Assembly: GCA_964515595.1 (NCBI GenBank)
Contig: CAZEUN010000001.1
Coordinates: forward strand, 246,282-310,281
Source: an uncultured Oleiharenicola sp.
GTDB taxonomy: Bacteria > Verrucomicrobiota > Verrucomicrobiia > Opitutales > Opitutaceae
Reading direction: 5' to 3'
DNA length: 64,000 nt
This document shows positions 37,576 to 46,562 of this stretch, piece by piece. The notes under the pieces were generated by a model, which saw only the letters and a list, made by a program, of their open reading frames with translations, ran no database searches and was not told the origin of the DNA. The first letter of the stretch is position 1, and each line of letters opens with the position of its first letter. A program made the translations under genes and the position numbers.

Positions 37576-37597
37576 TCCTCATGCCCACCGCCTCATT

Positions 37598-37625
37598 CCC
37601 CGGCAGGAGCTTGTTTACAAGCGAT
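37598..37625. promoter_or_regulatory. Second conserved intergenic motif, copy 2, immediately upstream of GH1
   Basis: CCCCGGCAGGAGCTTGTTTACAAGCGAT; 25/28 identical to 25237-25264. Confidence 0.5.
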
Positions 37626-37642
37626 TCCCCTTCCTGAAGCGC

Positions 37643-38989
37643 ATGAAACATCCCTATTCCTTCCCGCGCAGTTTCGCCTGGGGCGTGGCGACGGCCGCGC
37701 CGCAGATCGAGGGCGCCGCCGCGGCGGACGGCAAAGGCGAGTCGATCTGGGACCGATTCGCCCGCCGCCCCGGCGCCGTGCGCGGCCGCGCCACACCGGC
37801 GGTGGCGTGCGATCACTACCGGCGGTTTGCGGACGACATCGCCCTGATGGCGCAACTCGGGGTGAAGCACTACCGCTTCTCGCTCGCGTGGCCGCGGATC
37901 CATCCCGACGGCGGCACGGCGGTGAATCGCCCGGGCCTCGATTTTTATCACCGCCTGCTCGACGCGTGCGGGCGGCACGGGGTCGAGCCCTGGGCGACGC
38001 TGTATCACTGGGATTTGCCGCAGGCGCTGGAAGACCGGGGCGGCTGGACCCAGCGCGCGACCGCCGACGCCTTTGCCCGCTATGCCGAAACCGTCACGCG
38101 CGCCTTCGGGAAGCGCGTGCGCCGCTGGTTCACGTTGAACGAAATTCCGACGTTCATCGGGCACGGCTACCGGCTCGGGGTGCACGCACCCGGCCGGAAG
38201 GAGTCGCCGGCGACAATCGCGCAGGCGTTCCATCACGCCCTGCTCGCCCACGGGCACGGCGTGGCCGCCGTCCGGGAGTTCGCCGGGTCCCGGGCTCGCG
38301 TCGGGCTCGCGCACGATTTGCTCGTGCCGATACCCGTCACGGAAACGCCCGCCGACATCGCCGCGGCCGAGGGCGAACTCGCCGCCCGCAACGCGCACCT
38401 GCTGGCGCCGGTTTTCCACGGCCGCTACGCCAGCGCGACCTTGCGCCGGCGCGGACAGGCGCAGCCGGCGATCCGGCGCGGCGACCTGGCCCTGATCTCG
38501 CAACCGGTCGATTTCCTCGGGCTGAACATCTACAGCGGCGACTTCGTGCGCGCCGCGCGCGGGGGCCGCGCCGAGGTGCTCCCCTGGCCGCCGCAGTATC
38601 CGACCGCCGGGCTCGACTGGCTGCGGCTGGCGCCGCAGTCGATCTACTGGGCGCTGCGGCACTGTCATTCGCTCTATCGTCCGAAGGAACTTTATATCAC
38701 GGAAAACGGCGCCGGCTACGACGAGCCCGCCGCCGTGACGGCCGAGCCCGTCGATTTGCACCGCCGGGATTACCTGCGCAACCACCTGTTGCACGTGCAG
38801 CGCGCCGCGGCCGAGGGCATCCCGTGCCGCGGCTACTTCGCGTGGTCCTTCCTGGACAATTTCGAATGGGCCGAAGGCTACGCCAAGCGCTTCGGGCTGG
38901 TGCACGTGAATTACGCCAGCCAGCGGCGCACGCCCAAGCTCAGCGCCCGCTGGTATGCCGGCGTGATCCGCGAAAACCGCGTGCTCTGA
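37643..38989 (+). CDS. GH1 beta-glucosidase
   Basis: FAWGVATAAPQIEG, CDHYRR, YRFSLAWPRI, TLYHWDLPQ, TLNE (acid/base), YITENG (nucleophile), DNFEW.EGY..RFG. Confidence 0.95.
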   Translation: MKHPYSFPRSFAWGVATAAPQIEGAAAADGKGESIWDRFARRPGAVRGRATPAVACDHYRRFADDIALMAQLGVKHYRFSLAWPRIHPDGGTAVNRPGLDFYHRLLDACGRHGVEPWATLYHWDLPQALEDRGGWTQRATADAFARYAETVTRAFGKRVRRWFTLNEIPTFIGHGYRLGVHAPGRKESPATIAQAFHHALLAHGHGVAAVREFAGSRARVGLAHDLLVPIPVTETPADIAAAEGELAARNAHLLAPVFHGRYASATLRRRGQAQPAIRRGDLALISQPVDFLGLNIYSGDFVRAARGGRAEVLPWPPQYPTAGLDWLRLAPQSIYWALRHCHSLYRPKELYITENGAGYDEPAAVTAEPVDLHRRDYLRNHLLHVQRAAAEGIPCRGYFAWSFLDNFEWAEGYAKRFGLVHVNYASQRRTPKLSARWYAGVIRENRVL

Positions 38990-39011
38990 CCCTGACACCG
39001 CCGCCCGCCGC

Positions 39012-41051
39012 ATGATCGCTTTCCATTTCCTCGATTACGTGGTGGTCATCGGCTACGCCCTCCTCGTCGTGGGCCTGGGCCGGCGCGTCGGTCGAAAACC
39101 CGGCAACACCAGCCAGGAGGGATTCTTTTTGGCGGGACGGAAACTCGGGAAAACCTACCAGTTTTTCCTGAACTTCGGAAACTCCACCGATGCCAACGGC
39201 GCCGTCAGCACCGCCAGCCTCGTCTATCAGCAAGGCGTCTCGGCGGTGTGGCTGGCTTTCCAGATGGTTTTCATGAACCCGTACTTCTGGTTCATGAACG
39301 TGTGGTTCCGCCGCGCGCGCCTGATCACGATGGCCGACCTGATCGACGACCGCCTCGGCAGCCGCCGGCTCTCGCAATTCTACGCGATCGTGCAGGTCCT
39401 GGTCGCCGTGATCGTCTTCATCGGCTTCGGCAATGTCGTCACCTACAAGATCTGCGCCGCGCTGGTCGTGAAGGCCGAGTCGGCCTGGACCGCGGAGGAG
39501 CGCACGTCCGTCGAGGACTATCACGTCTTCCGGCAACTCACGGTCGCGGCGGACGCCGGCGGGCTGGATGCGGCCGGCCAGTCCCGGCTGGAGATCCTGC
39601 GCGAGCGCAACAACCGCGGCGAACTGCGAGGCACCATCACCGGCCTGCGTCCGCTGACATTCTATCTCGTCTACACCCTCGTGGTCGGCCTCTACATCGT
39701 CAGCGGCGGCATGGCGGCCACCGCGGTGAATGAAATCGTGCAGTGCACGCTGATCTTCGCCTTCTCCCTGATGCTGATCCCGATCGGGTTCCACGCGATC
39801 GGCGGCCTCGGCGCGCTGGCGGCGAAAGTGCCGCGGGCCACCTTCGAACTGTTCGGGCAGGAGGGCGTGAGCCAGGTGACCGGCTGGACGGTCGCCGCGG
39901 TGTTTGCCGTCTCGTGGGTGCAGATCACCGGGATCATGGGCAACATGAGCATCGGCGGCTCGGCGAAGAGCGAATACGCGGCGCGCTTCGGCGCGGTGTC
40001 GGGCACGTATGCGAAACGCTTCATGATCATGATGTGGGCGGTCTGCGGCTTGATCGCGTGCGCGCTTTACACGGGCGACAAGGCGCTGGCGGACCCGGAC
40101 ATGGTCTGGGGCCACATGTCGCGCGACCTGCTCGGGCCCGGCCTCCTGGGCATCATGCTGGCCGGCATCCTCGCGGGCAACATGTCGACCGTGGCCGCCC
40201 AGACGATGTCGGTCTCGGCCCTCGTCGTGCGCAATGTCTGGCGGCATTTCCGTCCGGCCATGGACGAGGCCGGCGCGGTCGCGGCCGGACGCTGGACCAT
40301 CGTGCTCGTGCTGGCGCTGGGCATCGTGGCTGCGCTCAGTTCGGACAACATCTTCGCGTTCTTTCAATTGATGCTGACGATCAACGTGCCGTTCGGCGCG
40401 TCGGTGCTGCTGATGTTCTTCTGGCGGCGGCTCACGGCGCCGGCCGTCTGGACCGCCGTGTTGCTGTCGACGCTGGTCAACATCGTGGCGCCGCTCGCCT
40501 TGCTGCAGTTCGAGTCGATCCGCCTCAATCCGGCCCTGACCGTGCGCGTCGAGGACGCGGCCGGCCGCCGCACGCCGGTCTATTTCGACGCGGTGGCCCG
40601 GCTGCGTCCGCAGGATCCCGCGAGCCCCCTCGAGGGACGCAGTCGCCTCCACACCGAACTCTATTTGTTGAAGTGCGTGGGCGTGCCGGTGGAAACCATG
40701 ACCCCCGGCCACCGGCTGGCCGCCCGATTCTTCTTCGATGCGCTCTTCCCCTTCATCTGGTTGATCGGTGTCAGCCTGGCCACGCGGCCGCCCGCGGAAG
40801 CCCGCATCAGGCGATTCTTCGGCAAGATGAAAACGCCCGTCGCCGAAACGCCCGACCTCGACCTGCGCGAGATGGCGAAGACCGAGCAGGATCCGCACCG
40901 GTTCGATCATACCAAGCTCTTTCCGCGGTCGAGCTGGGAGTTCACGAAATGGAACCGCGTGGATGCGATCGGCTTCCTCTCCTGCTGCGCCATCTCGGGC
41001 GCGATCGTGATCCTGTTCTGGCTCATCTGCCGCGGGCTCGGCCCGCGCTAG
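39012..41051 (+). CDS. Sodium:solute symporter (SSS) family transporter #2
   Basis: FFLAGRKLG, many TM segments, LGIMLAG.LA..MST; long extramembrane loops. Confidence 0.85.
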   Translation: MIAFHFLDYVVVIGYALLVVGLGRRVGRKPGNTSQEGFFLAGRKLGKTYQFFLNFGNSTDANGAVSTASLVYQQGVSAVWLAFQMVFMNPYFWFMNVWFRRARLITMADLIDDRLGSRRLSQFYAIVQVLVAVIVFIGFGNVVTYKICAALVVKAESAWTAEERTSVEDYHVFRQLTVAADAGGLDAAGQSRLEILRERNNRGELRGTITGLRPLTFYLVYTLVVGLYIVSGGMAATAVNEIVQCTLIFAFSLMLIPIGFHAIGGLGALAAKVPRATFELFGQEGVSQVTGWTVAAVFAVSWVQITGIMGNMSIGGSAKSEYAARFGAVSGTYAKRFMIMMWAVCGLIACALYTGDKALADPDMVWGHMSRDLLGPGLLGIMLAGILAGNMSTVAAQTMSVSALVVRNVWRHFRPAMDEAGAVAAGRWTIVLVLALGIVAALSSDNIFAFFQLMLTINVPFGASVLLMFFWRRLTAPAVWTAVLLSTLVNIVAPLALLQFESIRLNPALTVRVEDAAGRRTPVYFDAVARLRPQDPASPLEGRSRLHTELYLLKCVGVPVETMTPGHRLAARFFFDALFPFIWLIGVSLATRPPAEARIRRFFGKMKTPVAETPDLDLREMAKTEQDPHRFDHTKLFPRSSWEFTKWNRVDAIGFLSCCAISGAIVILFWLICRGLGPR

Positions 41052-41073
41052 AGTGCGCCGCGACCGCCCAATC

Positions 41074-42120
41074 ATGACCCTTCCCATCGGCATCGTCGGG
41101 CTTCGCTTTGGCAAACTGGTTCTCGAACGCATCGCCGCCGGCGAGGGCCGTCACCATGTGCGCGTCGCCGCGGTGTGCGACCTGGATCCCGCCCTGGCCG
41201 GGCGCATCGGCGCAGACTGGGGTGTCCCGGCGTTCTCATCGCTGGACGCATTGCTGGCGGACCCGGCCATCCCGACCATCGGTTTGTTCACGCCCCCGGC
41301 GGGGCGCGCGGCCCTGATTCGCCGCTGCCTCGCGGCGGGCAAGGACGTGATGACCACCAAACCCTTCGAACTCGACGCGCGCGCGGCGGCCGACGTCCTG
41401 AAGGAGGCGCGGCAGCAAGGCCGCGTGGTTCACCTGAATTCGCCGAGCCCGGGTCCCGCGGATGTCGCGCAAATCCAGGCCTGGATGCGCGAGCACGACC
41501 TCGGCCGTCCCGTCGCCGCACGCGCCGAGATGCTCACGAGCGTGCGGGAGCAGGCCGATGGCTCCTGGTATGACGACCCCGCGCGGTGCCCCCTCGCGCC
41601 GGTGTTTCGCATCGGCATCTATTTGATCAACGATCTCGTGACGCTGTTTGGCTCCGCGAGCCAGGTGTTCGCCCAGGGCGAGCGCGTGCGCACCGGCCGG
41701 CCCACGCCCGACCAGGCGCAGCTGTCCCTGCGCTTTCGCGACGGCGGGCTCGGCAGCATCTATGCGACCTATTGCTGCGACGACGGCGGGCGTTACCTCA
41801 ACAGCCTGCTGCTGCATTGCGAGCGCGGCACGATCCACCGGAACCTCGCGCCGGACCTGGCCTGGCAATCCGGACCTTTTTTCAGCGCCCAGCTCGACCT
41901 CGTCATGGGCAGCTCGCGGGAACGGCGTCACGTGGCTTCCCGGCGGATCGACCTGGTCAGCGGCGAATACGAATGGGCGACGTTTGCCGACGCGGTCCGG
42001 GCGCGCCGGCCGCTCGATGCAGCCACGTGCGGAATTGTCGTCGAAGGAATCCGCGTCGTGGAAGCCATGGGGCGCAGCGAACGCACGGGCGCGCCCGTCG
42101 AACTGCCGGCGCTGGCTTGA
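41074..42120 (+). CDS. Gfo/Idh/MocA family oxidoreductase #2
   Basis: GIVGLRFG, KDV.TTKP; start MTLPIG (41074). Confidence 0.85.
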   Translation: MTLPIGIVGLRFGKLVLERIAAGEGRHHVRVAAVCDLDPALAGRIGADWGVPAFSSLDALLADPAIPTIGLFTPPAGRAALIRRCLAAGKDVMTTKPFELDARAAADVLKEARQQGRVVHLNSPSPGPADVAQIQAWMREHDLGRPVAARAEMLTSVREQADGSWYDDPARCPLAPVFRIGIYLINDLVTLFGSASQVFAQGERVRTGRPTPDQAQLSLRFRDGGLGSIYATYCCDDGGRYLNSLLLHCERGTIHRNLAPDLAWQSGPFFSAQLDLVMGSSRERRHVASRRIDLVSGEYEWATFADAVRARRPLDAATCGIVVEGIRVVEAMGRSERTGAPVELPALA

Positions 42121-42206
42121 GCATCAAACGGGAGCCGGGGCGGCGACGGCCCGCAGTCTCAGTCGCGCGGCCTGATCCAGGCGCGCGTCGACTGCCGGAC
42201 TCAGGA

Positions 42207-43532
42207 TCAGCGGCTGGGGTTGAGGATTTCGGTGCCCGCGAGCAGGAGCACGCCGCGGACGTGCTCACCGTCATCAAATCGTTCGCGCCCGGCGTAGTAA
42301 TCCAAGGTCAGGCCGATGCCCGTCCCGCGCACCGCACCCTTGATGACACCTTCCGGCGTGAGATCGCTGGCCGCCACGCCGGCAAAGGCCCGGCGCGCGA
42401 CTGTCATGTCCTCCGCCGGCAGCCAGCCGCGGTTCACCCCGCGGGCGATCGCGTAGGCGAACATGAGCGTGGCGGAGGTTTCCGGCCAGATATCGGTCCG
42501 GTCGACGACATTGGTCCACACGCCGGACGCCGGTTGGTATTGCTTCAAGCCCGCCACCTGGCGGCGGAAGATGTCGAGCAGCGCCGGGCGGTCCGGGTGA
42601 TCCGCGGGCAGCGCGGACAGCACCTCCGCCGTCGTCACCGCGATCCAGCCGTTCGCGCGGCTCCACTTGAACGGCGAAGCCTGGCGTAGCGGGACGCTGT
42701 ATCCGTGAAACCAAACGCCGTCGGTATCCTGCAGGCGGGCGGCCATGTTGATGATCTGATGGGCCGCATCCGTGAGGTGCTGGCCGTTGCCGGTGTAGGC
42801 CGCCCAGCGCACGAGGAACGGGCAGCTCATGTAGAGATCGTCGGCCCAGATCGTGCCCATCGGCCAGGTCTTGCCCTGCGCGGTCATGGCCGGCCGCCAG
42901 AACGTGCCGTCGGGCAGGCGCTCCTGCTCGTCGACGATCCAGTGCGCGACCCGCGCCACCACGAGCTTCTCCTCCGCGGTGACTTTGTCGGGAGCGCGGA
43001 GCATGCCCTCGAGGAAGGCGGCGCCCATGGCGCCGCAATTGTCGAGGTTGCCTAGGCGAAGGAGCCCCATGAGCGGGCTTTTCCGCTCGAACGCCTTCAC
43101 GGCCTCCACGTCGCCTTTCGGACGAGGCACGGTTTCAAGCCAGGCCCAGTAGCGGCCCACGATGCGATTGTGTTCCAGCACCCAGTCGAGGATATCCCGG
43201 TCGCCGGTGGCATCGACCGAACGCATCATGCCATAGAGCGTGACGCCCCACGGGTAATACCACTCGATGCCCGCCGGCGCACGGGCCGCCGCCGCGGCGG
43301 CGAGGGTGTCGACAGGCGCATAATCGCCATCTGCAAGCGGCGCCCGCGGCACAATATGGCCCTTCGGCAGGACCGGACTGGAAACGTCGCGCTGGTGCCG
43401 GGCGACCACGCGCAGGATTTCCCGGATGGAGGCGTCACTTTGGCCGGTGAAATCGACGGATGACTTGCTCGACGTGCTGGCAATCCCGGAGCAAGCCAGG
43501 CCGAGAAGAAGAGTCAGGAGGGGTGTTTTCAT
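42207..43532 (-). CDS. GH105/GH88 unsaturated glycuronyl hydrolase, secreted or lipoprotein-like
   Basis: LDNCG, WADDLYM..PFL, W.HG, WSRANGW, ETSAT, GTG.G; N-terminus LLLGLACS. Confidence 0.88.
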   Translation of the reverse strand: MKTPLLTLLLGLACSGIASTSSKSSVDFTGQSDASIREILRVVARHQRDVSSPVLPKGHIVPRAPLADGDYAPVDTLAAAAAARAPAGIEWYYPWGVTLYGMMRSVDATGDRDILDWVLEHNRIVGRYWAWLETVPRPKGDVEAVKAFERKSPLMGLLRLGNLDNCGAMGAAFLEGMLRAPDKVTAEEKLVVARVAHWIVDEQERLPDGTFWRPAMTAQGKTWPMGTIWADDLYMSCPFLVRWAAYTGNGQHLTDAAHQIINMAARLQDTDGVWFHGYSVPLRQASPFKWSRANGWIAVTTAEVLSALPADHPDRPALLDIFRRQVAGLKQYQPASGVWTNVVDRTDIWPETSATLMFAYAIARGVNRGWLPAEDMTVARRAFAGVAASDLTPEGVIKGAVRGTGIGLTLDYYAGRERFDDGEHVRGVLLLAGTEILNPSR

Positions 43533-43671
43533 GTTATCAGAACCATGGGAAAGCCCCGCTGCGCGGCCGAACCCGTCAGCCAGTCAGCCCGAGGTAGTTT
43601 TCAGCGCGGTCTCGCTGCGGGGAGGGCCGCCAGCAGGCCACATCCGCGGTCCACCAGCCATTTTGCCGACA

Positions 43672-43686
43672 GTAGCACATGTGACC
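43672..43686. promoter_or_regulatory. Operator GTAGCACATGTGACC upstream of GH105
   Basis: Perfect CACATGTG core; flanks match the 5412/21680 sites. Confidence 0.65.
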
Positions 43687-43860
43687 GGTCTCTCTATAGA
43701 GATGGCAGATGGAGAGCCGTCGCGGGTCGACGGGCCATGGGGCGCGGCGCATGCGGCCCGGCCCCGCGGCAAGCGCGGGCCCTACATCTCGAGCCAGGTG
43801 GCACCAACCCTACTCCGTTACGTGGCTGTCTTCCTGAACGACAAACCCCGCCCTGCGTCC

Positions 43861-44038
43861 CCCTCTCAAGCCGGAACCAATCAGGAGAAACCGCGAAGGA
43901 CGCGAAGAAACGCGAAAATCACGAGTCAGACATGATCCTCGGTGATGCCTTGCCGTACGTATTCTTTCGTGATCCCGGGCAAAATCAGAATTTTCCCGGT
44001 AGTCCTTCGCGAACCTTCGCGCCCTTCGCGGTTCAATT
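43861..44038. repeat. MITE-like/REP-like element, copy 1 (CGCGAAG-unit terminal inverted repeats)
   Basis: Arms aaccgcgaaggacgcgaagaaacgcgaa (43889-43916) and ttcgcgaaccttcgcgcccttcgcggtt (44006-44033); interior homologous to 55632-55803. Confidence 0.75.
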
Positions 44039-44083
44039 CCTTAGTTCCGGCTTAAGCGGAGATTTCGGCGTGGCGCCAGCGGA

Positions 44084-44123
44084 GATCCCCTCGAGAGGGG
44101 TGGCGCGCAGCGCCGGGGTGTGT
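44084..44123. repeat. REP-like palindromic unit GATCCCCTCGAGAGGGGTGGCGCGCAGCG..., copy 1
   Basis: Matches 55541-55582 with a 2-nt indel and 1 substitution. Confidence 0.7.
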
Positions 44124-44134
44124 GCGGCACCCGA

Positions 44135-44683
44135 TCAGGGCTGGTATGAAAACACGAAGCCCTGCTGGGTGGTCACTTCGATTTTCCTGCCCTGCACAAA
44201 ACGCAGCCCGCGATACTCCTCCCCGTCCGCCGGCTTGATGTCCTTCACGTACTTGGTCGGCCCCACCAATTCGTCGTACGTCGCCTTATCCACGCCGTTT
44301 TCCAAATAGAACTGGTCGGCCGCCGCGGCCAGTTGCCGCAGGTTGTTCATGACTTTTCTCTTCAGTTCGGGCGGCGGTTCCGACGCGACTTGCTTGATCG
44401 GCGCCACGATCAGGGGCAATCGATAGTCCAGCTTGTCCTTGGTGACGACGAGGACGCCGGTCTTTTCGTCCAGGCTGCGCGCCGTGTAGCCCGCGTACTC
44501 CTGCCCGGCGGAAATCCATTTGGTGCCGCCATTCGCCTTGTCGCGCAGCCCGAAAACCAATCCCTGGTCGTCCCGGAAGAATCCGAAGAACTCGATGCCC
44601 GCCTCGGCGCCCCGCAGGCCGGTGGCCGCGAGGGCGAGGCTGGCCGCAATCAACGCGCCGCGAAACTGGGTGAGAGCGAGCAT
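44135..44683 (-). CDS. Small exported protein with C-terminal pilin-like globular domain
   Basis: Signal peptide MLALTQFRGALIAASLALAA; C-terminal VMNNLRQLAAAADQFYLENG...LVG.TKYVK resembles the body of Opitutaceae type IV pilin-like proteins (from recall, not searched). Confidence 0.6.
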   Translation of the reverse strand: MLALTQFRGALIAASLALAATGLRGAEAGIEFFGFFRDDQGLVFGLRDKANGGTKWISAGQEYAGYTARSLDEKTGVLVVTKDKLDYRLPLIVAPIKQVASEPPPELKRKVMNNLRQLAAAADQFYLENGVDKATYDELVGPTKYVKDIKPADGEEYRGLRFVQGRKIEVTTQQGFVFSYQP

Positions 44684-44817
44684 GAGAGACGTGCGTGGGC
44701 GGCCGGGCCGCCGGCGGACGCATGCGAGCACGGGCGCCCTGCGCCCGCAAGCCTGTTGCGTGCGCCGCCCCGTCACTTCGCGCTAGACTCCCTCCGGCGG
44801 TTTGCGGTTAATTGCGC

Positions 44818-45606
44818 ATGGCCTGCACTGTTTTCACCATCGCCAACCAAAAAGGCGGCGTCGGCAAGACCACCACCGCGGTGAACCTCGCGGCGGCCCT
44901 GGCCGAGCGCAAGATCCACACGCTCGTCGTGGATCTCGACCCGCAGGCCAACGCGACCAGCGCGCTGGGGGTCGAAAAGTTCGAGGGCAAGAGCCTGTAC
45001 CGGCCCCTGCACGGGGAAGGCAGCGCGTTTGAAATGCTGACGCCCACCCAGTGGCCGCACCTCGCGCTGATCCCGTCCGAGGTGGACCTGGCCGCCATCG
45101 AGATCGAGCTGGCCCAGCAGCAGAACTACCTCATGCGCCTGCGCACGGTGCTCGAGCCGATCCGCAATTCCGGCGGTTACCGCGCCATCATCATCGATTG
45201 CCCGCCGGCGCTCGGCATGCTATCGATGAATTCCCTCGCCGCCGCCGACCATTTGCTGATCGCGCTGCAGTGCGAATACATGGCCTTGGAGGGCCTCGGC
45301 CAGATCCTCAAGGTCGTCGACCGCCTGAAGAACGCCGGGGTCAACCCGAACCTCGATGTCGGCGGCATTGTGATGACGATGTACGACAGCCGCATCAACC
45401 TGGCCAAGCAGGTGGTCGAGGAGGTCCGCTCGCATCTGCCGGACAAGATTTTCCACACGCTCATCCCGCGCACCGTGCGCCTGAGCGAGGCCCCGAGCTT
45501 CGGGAAGCCGATCTTCGCCTACGACCCGACCGGGCCCGGCGCGGTGGCTTACCGGGCGCTGGCGAAGGAGGTCGCGGAGCGATTCGGCCTGGCGGCCAAG
45601 GAATGA
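44818..45606 (+). CDS. parA: ParA/Soj family ATPase
   Basis: NQKGGVGKTTTAVNLAA, DLDPQANAT, IIDCPPALG, LQCEYMALEG, IPRTVRLSEAPSFG. Confidence 0.9.
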   Translation: MACTVFTIANQKGGVGKTTTAVNLAAALAERKIHTLVVDLDPQANATSALGVEKFEGKSLYRPLHGEGSAFEMLTPTQWPHLALIPSEVDLAAIEIELAQQQNYLMRLRTVLEPIRNSGGYRAIIIDCPPALGMLSMNSLAAADHLLIALQCEYMALEGLGQILKVVDRLKNAGVNPNLDVGGIVMTMYDSRINLAKQVVEEVRSHLPDKIFHTLIPRTVRLSEAPSFGKPIFAYDPTGPGAVAYRALAKEVAERFGLAAKE

Positions 45607-45607
45607 T

Positions 45608-45682
45608 GGAGGGCCCAGCTCCCGCTGGGCCGCGAATGCAATCGCGCACTCGCACGCCGGTCCAGCGGGAGCTGGGCCCTCC
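45608..45682. repeat. REP doublet: perfect 21-bp inverted repeat
   Basis: ggagggcccagctcccgctgg (45608-45628) / ccagcgggagctgggccctcc (45662-45682). Confidence 0.75.
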
Positions 45683-45745
45683 ACCCACGCTTGCGATTTT
45701 CTCCCCCGTGTTCTGACTTCTGTCCCTTCCCTCTGATCTTCCGGC

Positions 45746-46558
45746 ATGCTCTCCACCCTGAACAAATACCGCGCGGCCTTTTCCGTCGGCCTCCAGAGCA
45801 ACCTGGTCTATCGCGTCAATTTCGGCATCCGGGGTTTCTTTTCGTTTTTCCACCTCATCGTGGTGTTCATCCTGTGGAGCGCGGCCTACGGCACCAAGGG
45901 CGACATCAACGGCTTCACCTTTGCGCAGACCTTCACCTACTTCGTCGCGCTGATCGTCGTGCAGTTCATGATCGGTGCGTTCAACGAGGACTACCAGATC
46001 AGCGAGGAAATCCGCAACGGCCTCATCAACCAGTTCCTGCTCAAACCGATCAATTATTTCGGGTACCGCTTCAGCATCTATTTGTCCGCACGCCTCGTCA
46101 CCGGCGGCCTGATCCTGGTCCCGCTCCTGGTCCTCTACCCGCTCCTGCGCGAGCACCTGGCCATGCCCACGGAGGCGTGGCGGTTCTTCGCCGTCGTGCC
46201 GGCCCTGATGATGTCGGCGCTCATCCAGTTCGGCATCGCCTACCTGTTCGGCCTGCTGAGCTTCTGGTTCCTCGAAATCCAGGGCCTGGTCATTCTTTCG
46301 ATGGCGCTCGAGTCCGTGCTGGGCGGACAGATTTTCCCGCTCGATCTCCTGCCACCGGCGTTCTTCGGCTTCTCCGCCGGCCTGCCTTATTTCTACCAGA
46401 TGTATTTCCCAGTCGCGCTGCTTACCGGGCGGATCGACGACCCGGCCGTGATCGTCCCCATGCTGCAAATCCAGGCGTTCTGGGTCGTCGTCATCCTGAC
46501 GGCCGGCCAGGTGCTGTGGCGCCGCGGACTCCGCCTGCATACCGCCGTGGGCGGCTGA
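45746..46558 (+). CDS. ABC-2 family transporter permease (DUF990/ABC2_membrane_6 type)
   Basis: Six TM segments; IRNG.INQFLLKP, G.IFPLDLLP, LPYFYQMYFP. Confidence 0.85.
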   Translation: MLSTLNKYRAAFSVGLQSNLVYRVNFGIRGFFSFFHLIVVFILWSAAYGTKGDINGFTFAQTFTYFVALIVVQFMIGAFNEDYQISEEIRNGLINQFLLKPINYFGYRFSIYLSARLVTGGLILVPLLVLYPLLREHLAMPTEAWRFFAVVPALMMSALIQFGIAYLFGLLSFWFLEIQGLVILSMALESVLGGQIFPLDLLPPAFFGFSAGLPYFYQMYFPVALLTGRIDDPAVIVPMLQIQAFWVVVILTAGQVLWRRGLRLHTAVGG

Positions 46559-46562
46559 AGCC

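Noticed and set aside
43861-44123. Possible CRISPR array from the repeated CGCGAAG units
   Set aside because: The units are 8-9 bp, contiguous and form inverted arms; there are no unique 30-40 bp spacers and no cas genes.
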